58,818 bases of DNA, filler included, from Bipalium vagum (GCA_037834085.1; 3 parts of 3 records of this genome joined end to end with filler, not necessarily neighbours in it), one strand, 5' to 3'. Counted from the whole stretch's first letter, positions 24,790-39,578 are shown. Notes: generated by a model not told the origin, from the letters alone. Numbers and translations are program-made.

Positions 24790-25022
24790 CAGTCCCCGTC
24801 AAAATTCTGAGCCAACCTTCAAAAATTGAACTGATTTCATTATTTATTTATTGGTATGACATCAATTTAGATATAGTTATTTATATAACTCTGACCTATA
24901 TCAATTTATTGTTTTTTTATTAATATTACATAATTATCAATATTATTCTTGTCAAATAAATAATTTTGTTTAAATAATGGCTGAATTTTATACTGAAAAA
25001 AGGGCTCAAATTTTGATTTTGA
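24790..25022 (+). mobile_element. Second copy of the Tc1 5' end seen at 21373
   Basis: TA|CAGTCCCCGTCAAAA; long near-identical alignment with 21373-21600. Confidence 0.75.
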
Positions 25023-28000
25023 AGAAAAAAGTCTCACTAGGCTTTGTAACTCATTTTCTCTAATCTGCCGAAAAAATCCATCGATTTGAATTTTTCATTT
25101 TCATCTTCAGTATCAAACTGGTATTTTGCCTTACAATAGATTTTCTTGGCAAACCACATAATCTTTCTTTTTCAAATAAGTTTCATTGAACCAGTGAAAA
25201 ATGTTAAAACAACTAAAATATGATGGATAACTGAATTACTCATTTTTCATCATGAAGATAGACATTGATAAAAAGCTTATTCGCTATTGCACGGTTTTTG
25301 TATTTGAAGCAGCTAATTGACTTCTTTTGTAAAGAATGGTTCTTAATTAAAAGCGCCAAATATACTAAAACTAAAATATTAGATTTTTAAAAGAAAACAA
25401 TTCATTATTAAAGGAATGTTACCAAAATCTAGTTCATATAAATCATGGTGGTCTCTATTTTGAAAGATAAATTTGAATCTCTGGTCCACAATATGTGATA
25501 AGGATAAAAAGTGCTTAGACTCTACCAGAAATAGTGAAGACAACTGAACAAAATTTTTATTTGATCCTTCTCCACGAGGAATTTTGTCACATTATCCTTC
25601 ATATCATACTTTGAAACAAATTAGCATTAAATTATTTCCAACTCCTTTCATGTACACAAATTAATTTTTAATCATTCTCCGTGACACTTAAGCTTTTGTA
25701 AAATTTATATCAAAATTTCTTTTTCCCAGAAGTCCAGATCATTATGTGATGCATTTTTTCAAGACTTGATATTATAATGATTGTCAGTCATTTTCAGCGA
25801 AAACCGAAATGATGACTTCCTTTTATCTGTCCTGCAAATAACAAAATTAACTGTGCGAAACTATCAATTAGAAAAAAATTCCCCAGTAGGGAAAATAATA
25901 TTTTTTGTACACTTCAAAGAAGAAAGAAATATACTTAGAAATATAAGAAAAACTGAAGACAATTTACTGTTTTGCTTATTTTAACTATACATAACAGTAT
26001 AAATTGAACATTTGTAATTTTTTATATAAATATATTTATTTTTTTAATAAAAAATCATCAAAATTTTACTTAAAGGTAAAAATGTCTAAGATCATTGGAC
26101 AGAATTATTTTTTTAGGTATTGTGCAATATTTCCTATTAATTATAGTCAATACCCCTTACTTGGTTAATAAAACAAATAAAAGTAATAAAATAATTATTA
26201 TATTTTTTATAAATATCAAAAATTGGCGTTGAATTTAACTTTTCTTATACTTTTATCGTTTTTCCTTTGTAAGATAAGTGAATAAAATACCACGTAATTG
26301 TAAGTACATAGAACATGTGAAATAGTTTCCTCTTTCTTAAAGCAGTTTCTAGAAATTATTAATAGAAGGAAAATATAATGACGAGAGTAACCTAAGATAT
26401 AAAAAATTATATAGAAATAATTAAAAGTAAAAATCAAATAATGCTAAAAATATTGTAAAAATATTAATGAATTAGAAAATATAAAAAGAGGAGAATATTA
26501 TAATATGTAAACTAAAATATTCCATTGATCAATTTATAACTTTAAGAAGATATTTATCCCCTTAAAAGCCAGCCATAATATTTTTGATCATTTGATTTTA
26601 AAATTATAAAAAAAACTGAAAATATAAAATTAAATTAAACATAAAATTATGAAAAGATATTTTAAAAATTTTCCATGATATATATTTTTCTTATATATGT
26701 ACTTTTAATCTTGTAAACATCATAAATTTATTTTTTAAATAGATGCATTTTAATAATTTTGAACAATTTTTTTCAAACATTTATTATCATGAAACATGTT
26801 TTGAACTATTATCAGTTCATCATCAGTCATTCATATTTAAAACAACACACTTTAGTTACCTAAACAACGGTCTAATTTTTAATTTAAATATTTTGCAAAA
26901 TTCTGAATGGTGGGAATTATTTTTTAATTTTATTTAATTAATCAGAGAAAAAATTGACAATCCATTGGGTTTTACTTTCTCCTGTTTGAATATTGATCTC
27001 CGGTTTAAGTACAAAATTTCTTATCTTCAAAATTATAATGAAAAATTTTTTAAAATATATTTGGCAATCTGTAAATATTATATCTTTAAAATATTTTATT
27101 ATTTCCATTATATTTTTGCACTATTTTATGATATTATGGAAAATTTCTATAGTTTTCATACCATCCGAAAATATATTTAATGATTTTTAGTTCGAAAATT
27201 TAAAATTCTTTTTTTCATATTTATGTTTCTCTGCAACTAATATTATTATAAATTCAGTTTTTAAAGGAACTATAATTTTTCTTGCAATTCCTATTTTATA
27301 TAAACGAATTCTTAAATTTTCTGAAGTTAGAATAAAAATACTAAATATTAGGTATATATTCTGAATTTCATTATTTTAAAACCTTCAATACCATAATAAT
27401 ATTTAAGATTCGCTTTAGTTTTATTTATAAAAGTTTTTGGATCTGATTCGAAATATATTGTATAATTCATTTCCAGACGTTATTTTAATAATTTCCGTTG
27501 TCAAACAAATGTGTTCAATTTTTTAAATTTTATAGACAATTAAAATTTTATTTTAATTCTTTCATACCTCCTTTTTTATATATATATTAGAATTTTAAAT
27601 GTAATTAATTGTATTCTTAAACTATTTTAAAAATATTTTCTTAATTATTCATTTTAAATTATTTTTTTAAACAATCATTTGTTTAAATTACTTAAGTAAA
27701 TTTATGTAAATGATATAAATTAGTTTCACATTTTAGTTTCAAGCTGGAATAATTATTTTCAGAAAAGGCTTTGAGTTATTATTATTAAGTTTTAAAATAT
27801 GCACAGTGATCCATATCAAAAAGTGAGTCAGTAATATTTTCACACTGTACCTATTATTGTTAATTTTAATTATTTTCCTTTATTTAATTTTATATTATTA
27901 CTCTATAATTATACAGCTTTCTCTAATTTTGAGATTGGATTCAACATAAAAAATTCTTAATTTTTAATATTGACTAAAATTCTTCATGATGATTATATTA

Positions 28001-31000
28001 TATATGTGAATAATATTATGCAAGATTTACTATACTAATAACTCTGATATTCCCTTATATTTATCATACTAAAATATTTCAAATAAATATAAAGAAAAGA
28101 AATATCAATAATCGTGCATCAAATTACTAATGAAACAAAGGATCTCTACAATTTATTTTTTATATTAATAAAAGGATCCAATAGTTAATAATATTCTTCA
28201 TGACAGCGTAAGTTATCATAATTAAATATTAATTGCACTTAATCGGAATGCTTTGGTGTCACATTTCGGATTCGCGTTTTACAATTATCGACCATGAAAT
28301 TGCTAAAATTATATTTAATTTTGTTGTGACAAAATCTAATTTATGAAGTACATATATGTCAATTCTTGGATAAAATTTAAAACCAAGATGAAATTCTTAT
28401 TAAAACATTAAACACGGTTATTTTTTGACTATCCACAATTTTAATGGTATAATTTAATTACTGGTGTTATCATAATTTATTTTGATTATTTATTTTTTAT
28501 TAATTAAACATCATCAAATTGAGAGTAGTTCTCTGGTCTTCTAATGCTGTTTATCTCGAGTGAAATATTATGAATTAAATATTAATCTTCTACGTTGTTT
28601 GATGTACCAGTTGAGACAAAGAAGTAATAAAAATTAGACAGAATTCCAGATGGATCTGTTTAAAAGAGCCAAGGGAAGCAGAACAGGTTTATATATCTGT
28701 CTGTTTTAGAGTATTTCACCTCGATTATTGAATTTAGAGTAAGACACATCCGGAAATGTAAAATGTAATTTAAAAAATTTTAACGATTCAATTTATCAAA
28801 TTCATCATATATATCTTGAAATAAATGTTTGATATACCAATTTTGTTTTTAATTTTTTTCAAAAAACTGATCATTTCTCAAAATGTGACTGTATTATGCC
28901 TTTTCTTCAGAAAAAACTTAATAAATGATTAAGAGAACCTTCGTATTTCTTATGATATTTGTTAAATTATTGGAAACCGATTTTAAAACAATTTCATTGA
29001 TCTCAAAAAAATGGTAACGGTTTTTTGTCAGTAAGATGGAAAATAAAGCTTTAAGATAAATTGTGTCAAATCTAAAGATTAAACAAAGTTTAAGAAAATC
29101 AATGTAAGCATTCATAAATAGTTTCAATATACTTTTAACAATTATTATCCAAATGAAAGTGTATTAAATGGTAAGTGTAATATAAATAATACCTTTCAAT
29201 AATAATGAATTTATAACCATGACAAGTTAAAGATAAACCCCGACCACGCTAATTTTATCGAAGAATTGGGAACTGTATATACTGATGTCTAATAAATAAT
29301 GACAATACAGTAAACTTGCTTAATAAGTGTAAATTATAAAGGAATAAATGACTGTTAACTCACAAGATGAGGAAATCTATGTCGAAGTTATTAACGAATC
29401 CGATGAAAATCATTCGTGAAAGTCAAGAACAAGAAAATCGGATTACTGCTGTTCAAGATTTTTAGAACCCCAATTTTGTCTATAATTTTTCAAGAAACAA
29501 GGTACATCCCTCCGAAATTTTCTTTATGACCAAATTAAGATATGTGGTTAATACTCTCATGATGATTAAATCTCCAATGACTTTACACGTATTTAATCCT
29601 GTTCATTTTGGTATTGAATTAAATGGTAAACGACAAAATGTATATAATTTCAAGTAACTTAAATCTTTTTAAACCTCAAACATAAATATTTAAGTAATGT
29701 ACGATCATTTTTATGTTGTATTCGTAAAGGTATTTAACATATATTTGCACTAATTTTTAAATATAAACGACAAATTTCTGCTAATGTTCATTGTATGCAT
29801 GGTTGTAATTAATCTTTTTATCGTTTAAAAAAAGGTTTGACCTGAATTTCAGCAGTAAAAGGCAAACTTACAGAGATTTGGTAATGGATATCGCAACCAT
29901 CCAATAATAACTCTAACGATGAAGAAAATTAAACACAAATTACTTACCAAGTAGTTGACAAGAAATTCATTTCATTTTAATATTACACAATATATTTATA
30001 ATCTGACTCAATATCTTTTATATGGTTATGTTCTACGATAATCCTATGAGTAAATCAAAATAGCGTATGACAACACTAAGATTTATTAATCGTCAATTCA
30101 AGTTACCAACAGAAATATTAATCATACAACATCCACGATTAGAAAAAGTAAGTCAACACCCCTAAGAATCTTTCTCGCAATTCGTGTTTGCTCCGCTAAA
30201 TAACTTCAAGCGCTTCCTTTTCTAACGTTTCGATCAAATCTCGACAATAAACCACTGATCAAACATTACTATGATAATGATCAAAAAATTAGTAGCGATG
30301 ACCTTTAACCGATAATATATCATAATGTCAAATTAAAAATCACTATCAGAATTATAAAATAATGTGACTAATCAAGAATAAAATAAGTTAATAATATAAT
30401 ATAATAATAAACTAAAGATAAAAACACTATTATTTATTGATAAAAATTGAAAATAAATTTAAGAATGGTAAAGAAACGTCTCATTACAATGACGAGTTCT
30501 TTGATGATCAAGCTTGATGAACACGAGTTTGACGGAAAAACCAAGAATTATATTTAGTTGAATTCGATTTTATGCTTTGTTTAAGAGATTTGACCACTAA
30601 AAATGTTTTCGTTAATTTTAAAAGTATGATCGAAACCTCAAAAAATTTTTAATCAAAATTCGCATAATTAAAATATTTGCTTCCCTAGAACCACCGGGAC
30701 TGTCAGTTCTTTATATGGTACGCAGCGACCAATCCGAGCTGTCAATCTATAGCTATTAATTTCTGGAAATCGCCCTTTACATGGACTTTAAAGGAACATG
30801 GGGGCAACTAATGCGATCGCTGAAATAATTGAATGTACAACCTCAAATAAAATTACTTGGTAGTGGTAGATAGCATTGGCTGACTAATATATAAGGCAGC
30901 ATTAGCCACCCATCAATCCTAACCAAGGGTTTTATTTCTAAAAGTTCATTAGGGGGTGGAATGAGAGAAAAAATATTACTTCATTCGGGCAAGGAAAAGT

Positions 31001-31679
31001 TTAAAAATTAATATTTATTGGATCTATTTTGATTTAACTGTCGCATTTTCTAATGATTTTCTGACAACCAGGAGATGTTACCCAATGTACATACTTGGGG
31101 GTCCGGTATATTAGTCAATACAGACTAGGTTTGAACCTATCCATCAAGATGTCGGTGGCTTTTACAAAGGAACATCAACATTCGGCATATCCAACCTCAA
31201 TGATTCGATTAGACAGCCAAAAGTACTGAACGCCGTAGAATTGCTAGATGATATACAAACGGTTTTCACTATTTGCAGAAGAGTGAATCCAAGAAGCTCC
31301 AAAGTGCCCAGATTTTTAGAATAATAAAAACCTTATAAATGCAACAGTTATATCAAATTTTAACCTTTCTATTTAGTATTATTATTTACTTTTAATTTAT
31401 ATTATCGTATCTGATACAGGTCTGACAAAAATTTTTCTTCCACTAGAAAATTTTTTTATATTTAGTTTATTTTAATTATAAAAATCGTGTATTTGAAATT
31501 TTTAAAGAATCTATCGATTTTTTTTTCGAAATAATCGAAAATGAAGTTTTTGGGGGTTTATATACTGATACATACAGTCAATCGGCAAACCGACATTTTA
31601 CCGAAGAAATTAAATCGACAAAAGTTATATTTCTTTATATACAATATATATTCAAGTATTTTTTAATTAAAATATCAGT

Positions 31680-34030
31680 GTCCCTTTTCAAAGACCTTAC
31701 AAATTCACCAAGCATTTCCATGTTAAAGCAGCATCCATAAAGTTTTTCTATTGCTTGCATTTTTTGATGCAGTCTTTCACCATACTCCTAAAAAAATACC
31801 CAGGCTTAAATCTGTTCTTGTGTTTAAATACCAGGTGCACTTTATATCTTACATTTGGACAGGTCATAGTTTGATAACTTGATATAATAAATCTAGTTTT
31901 TCTTTCTAATCTTCTGGTATACATGTATGACAACGGAATTGAATTTAATCTAATTCTGTCATTGTCTCTGAAAAAGCAGAATCTTTCATAAGTCTAATTT
32001 CAGGACCGGTAAAGACTCTATTCTTTAACTTTCCTTTCTTTAACTTTCCTCAATGTTTTGATTTTGAGGTTAAAACAATCGCTATCTTTATCCAAAGCTT
32101 TAATGAATTTCTGGGAAATGTCCAGCTTAATGTGTAAGAAAAGCATTGTTATTGTTAAGTCTCTTAAATTAGAGCAAAAACTAAGAGTTTAACTGTTAGA
32201 AGGTTGACTTTTACGTGTTCGACTATGAGAGTTTAAATTAACTAAAATAACAAATATAATATTTCAAACTTTATTGAGATTACAAATCGGTTTTTACAGT
32301 TAGAGAGTGATTGCTTTTACAACAATCCTCTTCAAGAAATCTTTCCCTTTAGGTTGCGGTTAATTAAAGTAAGAATCTTTTCGCGTTGATTACAAGATCA
32401 ACGTCTCAAAAGCCCTTCAGAATATAATTCACCACCCTAATAAGTGTGTGAACTATGAACAAAAAAGAATCACACACAGAAATGAAGAGATGAACAACAA
32501 AATTTAATTGATTTTAGGGTTATACCCTAACACTTATTTTAAAGACTATTAATAAAAAATTTGATTTTATATTTATTTTATTAATTGTGTAATTCGATAG
32601 AATTACCAGTTATACAATTTTATTGATTTAACAGATTAATAATATAATAATAATAATACGGATCGTCTAACTTCTTAAAATTAGCGATCAATAATAATAT
32701 AATATGAACTGCTTACCAATTTGCATATATTGAATAACAGTTTTCGGTAAAAATTACAATCAATAGTTTTCCGGTTTATTGAATTGATATTGGAACGCTT
32801 ATACTAATCCAAATTGTTTATGTCAAGTTTTTGCAATTTCACGTGGATATGTTCTAGACTGTATTGATTTCGGAATATGTCGATTATCCAGTGAGGTTTT
32901 TGTTCTAATTTTTTTTTGTTCAATTTATTATAATTTTTTGCGGGTTTATATAGCCATTTTTTTATATAATTTATTTAAAGTAACAATTTGTTACTATTTT
33001 TAAATTTGTTTCTTTGTTTTCCTACTATATATAATTTCATCTTTAATATTTTTCATGCAAATTCTATTTTTAGTAAGTTGAACTTACTAATTTAATATAT
33101 TACAAATTTCCCTATTTTTATTATGACTCATAATAATACAACAATAATAATAATAATAATTAATTTTTTTTTAATAATTTTCACATAGATTTGTTTCGGG
33201 AAAGAATTCTCGTTACAATAACGTAACAATAAAATAAATATCAAAATATAAAGAATTTTTTTCTTAACAGATAAAATTGTTTTTTATAATCATTGGGATC
33301 ACAACTTAGAAATTTTTTGTGTTCTTTTTATTTTGGAGTCTCCACATCATCTTCTGAATAGGTACTAAAAGAATATCACCAAAAGTAATAGGTCAAAATC
33401 CAAATGACTATCCATCGAATTGAACATACAATAAAAGCAAGGGTATTTAACATATCCTGAACTTAATCGCATTATTAAGTTTAACACTTTTAAGTCACAT
33501 AACGATTCAACCATTAGAATAATAGTTGATCATTTTCAATTTTTTCTATAGAAATCCTGTTTCTTTAATGTTGGCATACGCAGTAGGAATTTTATGAATT
33601 ACATTTTCCATGTAAATTAGAGTACATTAGGTAAGGTAAGCGGGGAAGCAAAAAATAATATGATCCTTATTTATCTAATGAATAATATAAGAAAATTACG
33701 ATTTACATGCACATAAAAATAAAAAATCACAAACATAAACAAATAAAAGGATTTGTGTATACATTATGTATATACTTTTTTAAAATACAGAATGTTTGGA
33801 ATCAATTAATGATCGGCTTTTGGTGGGAGTGTTTACAATATGATGACGTAAATTTTTTACTGAAATCTGAAAAATTAATTTTGAAATATTTCCAATAGGT
33901 TTCCTTCAATGTATCATTGAATATTCGCTTTGAGCGAAATTTAAATTGTACACATATGTAACAGAAGTTGTTCGGGTCAATTTTTTGTTCACTTTTGTAT
34001 TTTGTTGTTCTAAATGTCAATATTGCAAAA
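31680..34030 (-). mobile_element. Decayed Chapaev3-like (CMC) DNA transposon, interrupted by insertions
   Basis: Collinear minus-strand motifs: PNNFCYICVQF (about 33960), SGYVKYPCFYCM (about 33450), LHIKL...KFIKALDKDSDCF (about 32110), VFTGPEIR (about 32010), EYGERLHQ...MLGEFVRSLKRD (about 31780-31680). Confidence 0.7.
32153..32532 (-). mobile_element. Solo LTR (380 bp) inside the Chapaev3-like relic
   Basis: TGTTA...TAACA termini, 5-bp flanks GTTAT/CTTAT (1 mismatch), minus-strand AATAAA near 32270. Confidence 0.6.
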
Positions 34031-34894
34031 TTATGTAAGTAATCTAAATTACTTTGTATGACGTTTGTTCATTACAATTTGAAAATTTTATAATTTGTGT
34101 ATTATTTAATTAAACAAAAATAACTTTAAAACTAATCGATAAAACTTAATATAATTTTGAAATTTTACATAACTTAATGTGATCTATAAGATCACAATAA
34201 AAGGTTGCAAGTGGGAAAATTTTGGGAGAAATCTGTTATTATTGTAGGGTAAAAACCCAATAAATTCAATGAACCAAACTTATGGTGGTACGCAATCATG
34301 CGTCACCATTGGTCATAGAACGGTGTTCGAAATAAATATATATTATTAGGATCATCTATCGTTATGATGGTTACATAATTACAAATATGCAATCACATGT
34401 TGCTGCAGCATATAATAGGAGCCCGTGAGATGCAGTAATATTTCTTAAAAGACTGTACCTTGAATTTAGTCATCCTGCAGATATACATTTTGCATATTGC
34501 TAGGGAGAAGAACTTACACTTGTTTGGATGAGTTTTTTACTTTCGAAAGTTTTCAACTGAAAAATGTTGTCACTTGCACAATGCATTCCTTTTATATAAC
34601 TGCTATGTATAGAATAACGATGTCGAAAAGGAATCGACAATTTGTTAAGGAAGATATTTACTGATTGTTCGATAGACCTAGTGGATAACTTCAGAGACTC
34701 TAAGACTTGATAGTGGATTTCGGATTGTAAGGGTCGCCTATAGATGAATTATTTATATGATTATTAATCAACAAAATGTTACCGTATTATAACGTTTAAT
34801 TATAAATTATTAATAAATGTATTTTAATCGATGAAATGTACAGTTATAAAAAAAGTACTTGAAAAAATAGTGATAATAAAACAATGAAGTTCTC

Positions 34895-34972
34895 TCCCGG
34901 AGCGATTAACGGGAACCCAGGATGTCCGCTATGCAGTGTGCGGACGCATATGCATTCCAAAACTCCATGGGA
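34895..34972 (-). other. Degenerate tRNA-like / SINE-head-like structured sequence
   Basis: Closing stem TCCC(A)TGGAG/CTCCGGGA, internal hairpin GTCCGC/GCGGAC, followed by CCTGGGTTC (partial B box). Confidence 0.3.
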
Positions 34973-35639
34973 TCATTGAGTAATCCTGTTGATTTATCAT
35001 GCTTTATTAGAAAAAAGTGTATATATATCTGAATTCATGATTAAAGGTTCGATAAAATCGTCTAACTTTATAAATACGCGTAATAAAATGTCTTCTGATG
35101 GGATTTGTCTTCGTAAATGAAATCGCAATAAATAACTTTACAATGGCAACTGTTTTTTCCTTTTTTGTGTTTGAAAATCACCAATTTCTTAAAGATAATT
35201 TACATTTCCCCATTTTTATGTGACTCTAATATGATTATTTAGGTAATAAATTGTTAATATAAATTCTTAGATCATGTTAAGTTTAGAATCCACTTGGGTT
35301 AGATAAAATACTTGTTCAAAGACAGTAGGTTAAGTAAAATCTTGTCTTCAATTGGTAGGAAAAGAAAATGGTTCCATGGGTTACAAAAGAACCTTGTCAT
35401 CAATGGGTTAGGAAGAAAACGTGATGCAATCAGTTACAAAAACCTTTTTTGTCAATAGGTTTTAAAAAGTTGTCATCAAGAGGTTAAGAGAAATGTTATA
35501 CAATCTCTTGTGTGAAAATATTTTTGATGTTATTCAGTATTAGAAGTTTTAGTTTACCATGTTATATTTGAATCATATAACACATAACATCTATCATAAG
35601 ATAGTAAAGTACATTGAGATTCAAAATTGTTTTTGGTCA

Positions 35640-36207
35640 ACTAAAGTCAACAAACGTGCTTAAAGCACTTTGAAGCAAATGGTCGTCTGAGTTTTTGGAA
35701 AATCTGAGCATATCGCAACTGTGACTTTAGAGTTTCAAAGTATGGTTAATTCTGCATAGTACACAAAGATTTTCTTGCCAGAAGTTTTGGAGAAATATAG
35801 AAAAATAATTCAAAGATCCGCATCGTCCTCCACCATGACAATACCAGGTCACACAATTTACAATAAACAACTAACTTTTCGAAAACCCAAAAATAGAAAT
35901 TATGAGACATCCTCAGTATAGTCCTGATTTGACTCCTAACGATTTCTTTTTATTCTCATATGTGAAGAATAAGCTGCTTGGACAACGATTTTGCACACCA
36001 AAGCTCATGTTTCTCAGATATCTAAATCTTTATGGGTAAAATGCTTTAAAAATTGATTCAAGCGTATGCAAAATGTTTTGACCAAGAAGAGGAGAATATT
36101 TTGAAAAACAATGACATAGTTATTATAAAAGTATTATATATTATAATTAAATTTTAGTTTTTGATTTTTTTGTTTTTCGCAATAAATATTGAGCAATCCA
36201 CGTAATA
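35640..36207 (+). mobile_element. mariner transposase pseudogene, 3' half
   Basis: IVLHHDNTRSH, HPQYSPDLTPNDFFLF (YSPDLAP.D motif), GEYFEKQ C-terminus. Confidence 0.82.
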
Positions 36208-36786
36208 GTTAAATGTGTATAATATCCATCAATTGCTCAGAAAACCCTGCAACCGTTGGTGCAATTTTCAACTTCTTATGTGATTTCGGATTTTTGTGCT
36301 TGACCACAATTAAATACAAGAAGCGAGAACGATTATTATCAGTCGAAGAGGAACATCGGGTGTGTCGTCTCAAACGCGGCCTTGAATTCAAATCATCAAA
36401 CACAAATTTCATACTGAATTGTTGACTACTGCTATGTAATTGTAAGTATGACTGAGTCATTTTAAATTCCTTGATATTGCAAAGGGTTCCGCGAGCAACG
36501 TAACCATTTTTACAAGATTCCGCTTCACTGAAAAGGTTGAAAAACACTGTCGTATATAGTCAAAAAACTAATTTACTAAAATCAGATTATTAAAAATAAA
36601 TTAAGATTAAGATCTGCCTATAACAGCAAGCCTCCAAACCAAATTTTAATAAATGAAAGTGGAAGCTTAATAAATTTAATGACGAAAATAGCGATCATCT
36701 AAATTTATTAAGTAATAAAATTAGTAATTTAAAGTTAATGTAATAGAAAGAGTTGGTTAAAAATAGTAAGATTGGTTGTAAAATTA

Positions 36787-38176
36787 TAGTGGTCGGTATA
36801 ATTATTTATACCACGCTAAAAAATGTTAATTAACTGTTTACTTTTATAGAGAAAATGAATATTAAATCTGAAATATAATATTTGATGTATTTAGAACATT
36901 CTAATAAGTTAATTCTGTTTTTTAAAAAATTAAAACATTAATAAGTTGTTAACAATTTAAAGGACATAATTATTTATACCGCAATTAGTTTCATTAATAA
37001 AATTCAAAAATGATAACTTTAAATAGATATATTTCAAAGAAATTAAGAAAAATTGACTTAAAAAGAAGGAGTGACATGAAAAAATTGAAATTATTAATGA
37101 AATCTGCCATTCAAAATTTAATTAATTATCAAAAACTTTGGCAAGAAAAACAAGTTATAAAATTCAACAATTTTACGAAGGCATATATCAAAAGAAACAA
37201 AAATAGTATTAAAGTTAATGCCAATACCATTGATAGGAATAATAATTGAACAGTTTCTACAAGAACTGTATCCAGATGGTTGCAGCGAAATGATTTTAAG
37301 CACCAAAAGGATGCAAAACGTATTGTATTATCCACAAAACAGAAATATGATAGAAAGTATCTTTATGGATAAACAAATATTATATGGAAAATCCTGCTTT
37401 TCGAACGAAAAGCAGTTCTCCATAGATATTCTGGATAATTGATAATATATTATTTTAATGCACGAAATTGAAAATTAGGTTAACATATAATGCTCTGGAA
37501 CAATCCGCATGCTGTCAGCGAAGACAAAAAGGAGTTGATGGATTGATGTACTTTGCATCACTTTTTCAAATGGTTTAAATTTAATTCGCAAATTGTTAGG
37601 TCTTCATAAGGTGAGGAATACAAAGCAACGTTCCACACCTTTGTTGTGCGATCAGTTATTTTGAATATCTTGAATCCAGCAAACTTAGTGCAAGATAGCT
37701 GTTGGATACATAAATGCAGAATTCTCCAATAATGTTATGAGTCCAACGATATAAATACCATTGACTGGCCTTTAAGGTTATCAGAAAATTTTGGAAAATA
37801 TTTCTTAACCTTGTTTATGTTGAGAGGCAGCCGAAAAGCTGAATTGAAGTACCACAGAAAATCAACCACACTGCATATTTAATAAATAGCACAAAACGAC
37901 ATTTAAAGACTAATGTATCAAACGCTTAGAAATATGTTGGTCAACGTATTGATTAAAAAGGAAATATAATTAATTAAGGTCATCTTACTTTTCTTCACAT
38001 AACATGTACTGGTATAAAAAATGTCAAAATTACAAAATAGTTTACAAATGATATTTTTCAATTCAAAAATATATATCAATACTTAACAAATGACAATCGA
38101 CACATTTTAAAATTTGAAGTAGACTCCTTAAATTATATAAATAAACTATATCTATAAATAATTATGTCGACCACTA
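36787..38176 (+). mobile_element. Near full-length decayed Tc1-family element (IR/DR type), about 1.39 kb
   Basis: TIRs TAGTGGTCGGTATAATTATTTATA / TATAAATAATTATGTCGACCACTA with TA flanks; inner repeat of the motif near 36963; transposase fragments (KSAIQNLINYQK, FSNEKQF, TIDWP). Confidence 0.85.
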
Positions 38177-39506
38177 TATAAAATATTGTAGCTAACAAGA
38201 AGTTATAAATCCTGAAATGTGGTAGTATAAATACCGAAGTAATTTCAGTACAGTTTGTCATTAAAAATCTTAGAGTATGCTTCAGCTATGTCAGTTAAAT
38301 TAAAAGGTAGGGAATTGTATTATTCCTATTATAAAACCGATTTTTTTATCTATTTAAATAATAATATTTATTTATTTTAGTAATAGAAGTAAATTATTCT
38401 GATCACTAACCTTTTTAATTTTCTCTTTTTATTTCTAACTCGATTCTGTCTCGCTCTGTGCGACAGAAAAGGTATTTTTGTCATCAGGTCTTCTTCTGTT
38501 ATCAGAAAACCAAGGTATTTTATTAATTAAACAATAATCGTCGTATTAGTATTAAATGTAATTTAACGATAGAATCTGTTGTTTGTGTTAATTACAATCT
38601 TTTTTCGTGAGTCTTTTATTATTTACACTTCCTCAGAGGGATTTGATGACCCCAAAAGTCGTAACAACATTGTAAGTTTAAATTCTAAGAAAAACTCTAT
38701 TAACTGAAGCCTTACGACATTAATATTATTCGGCCTCATTACTATTTTATTATTATTGCTTAGTCTTATTGCTTATTTTATTGCAGAACCTCTTTGTGTC
38801 TTCTCGAGTTGTTGCTCCTAACAATACATATAATATTATTATACTGTTATTTTTATTATTTTTACATTTTTTACATAAATAAAAAACTAAGTCATTTAAT
38901 TATTTTATCAATTAAATTTTTATACCTATTAATGGTTAGTAGATTTATTTTGAATGTCATTTTTAAAAATCATCTCATGATTTTCTATATCCAAGCCAGA
39001 CTATCAAATTATCCTTCCATATTCCCTATACAGAAACAAAATCATTAATATTCCAATGGATTATTAAAAAATTGTTTATGAAAAAACTTTTCTAGATAAT
39101 TTTCTGCAAAATTTACAGTACTTTTGAGTTAGAAACGTGTATATTAAATAACATGGCTACAAAACACCAATAATGGTGATGAAGAAAATTATTACTTCGG
39201 AATCATTTTGTTTAATAAATTCTTAATCATTTTTTGTAGCTAATTATCGATGTTAGCCAAGCACAAACTTCTTATTTTAAAGGGTTCGCATCATTTTTAT
39301 ATTAAGTTTATTCCAATATCAAATGATCGTGTAAAGTTTATGAGTCAAAAGTTAGGGTAATTTTTTTCTAGGTTATAGGCATATATAATTGTCGAATTGA
39401 TAATATATCGCTTTTATAGAAGTGTTTTTTGCACAAAATGGGAGTTTCGGGTGTTCGTCACTGCTTAATATTTTAATGATGAATCATTAAGAAGCGTTAT
39501 AATATA

Positions 39507-39578
39507 CAGTCCCCGCCAAAAGTTTATGATCACTTAGCAGTTTCATGAAATAAAATGATATATTATATTTTGACAGTC
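39507..39578 (+). mobile_element. Tc1-type TIR end truncated by the gap
   Basis: TA|CAGTCCCCGCCAAAAGTTT, related to the termini at 21373 and 24790. Confidence 0.55.

Noticed and set aside
26216-29127. Several 60-75-aa ORFs rich in F/I/L/N/K/Y
   Set aside because: Composition is what chance ORFs in about 80% AT DNA would give; no motifs or splice structure.
29300-31320. GC-richer patches suggestive of a decayed element (Helitron or LTR internal region)
   Set aside because: No collinear set of diagnostic motifs could be read, so the family cannot be supported.
38625-38680. Hammerhead-like core (TTGATGAC...GTCGTAAC...GTA)
   Set aside because: CUGAUGA and GAAA are both mutated and stem I does not pair; at most a dead Penelope-type remnant.
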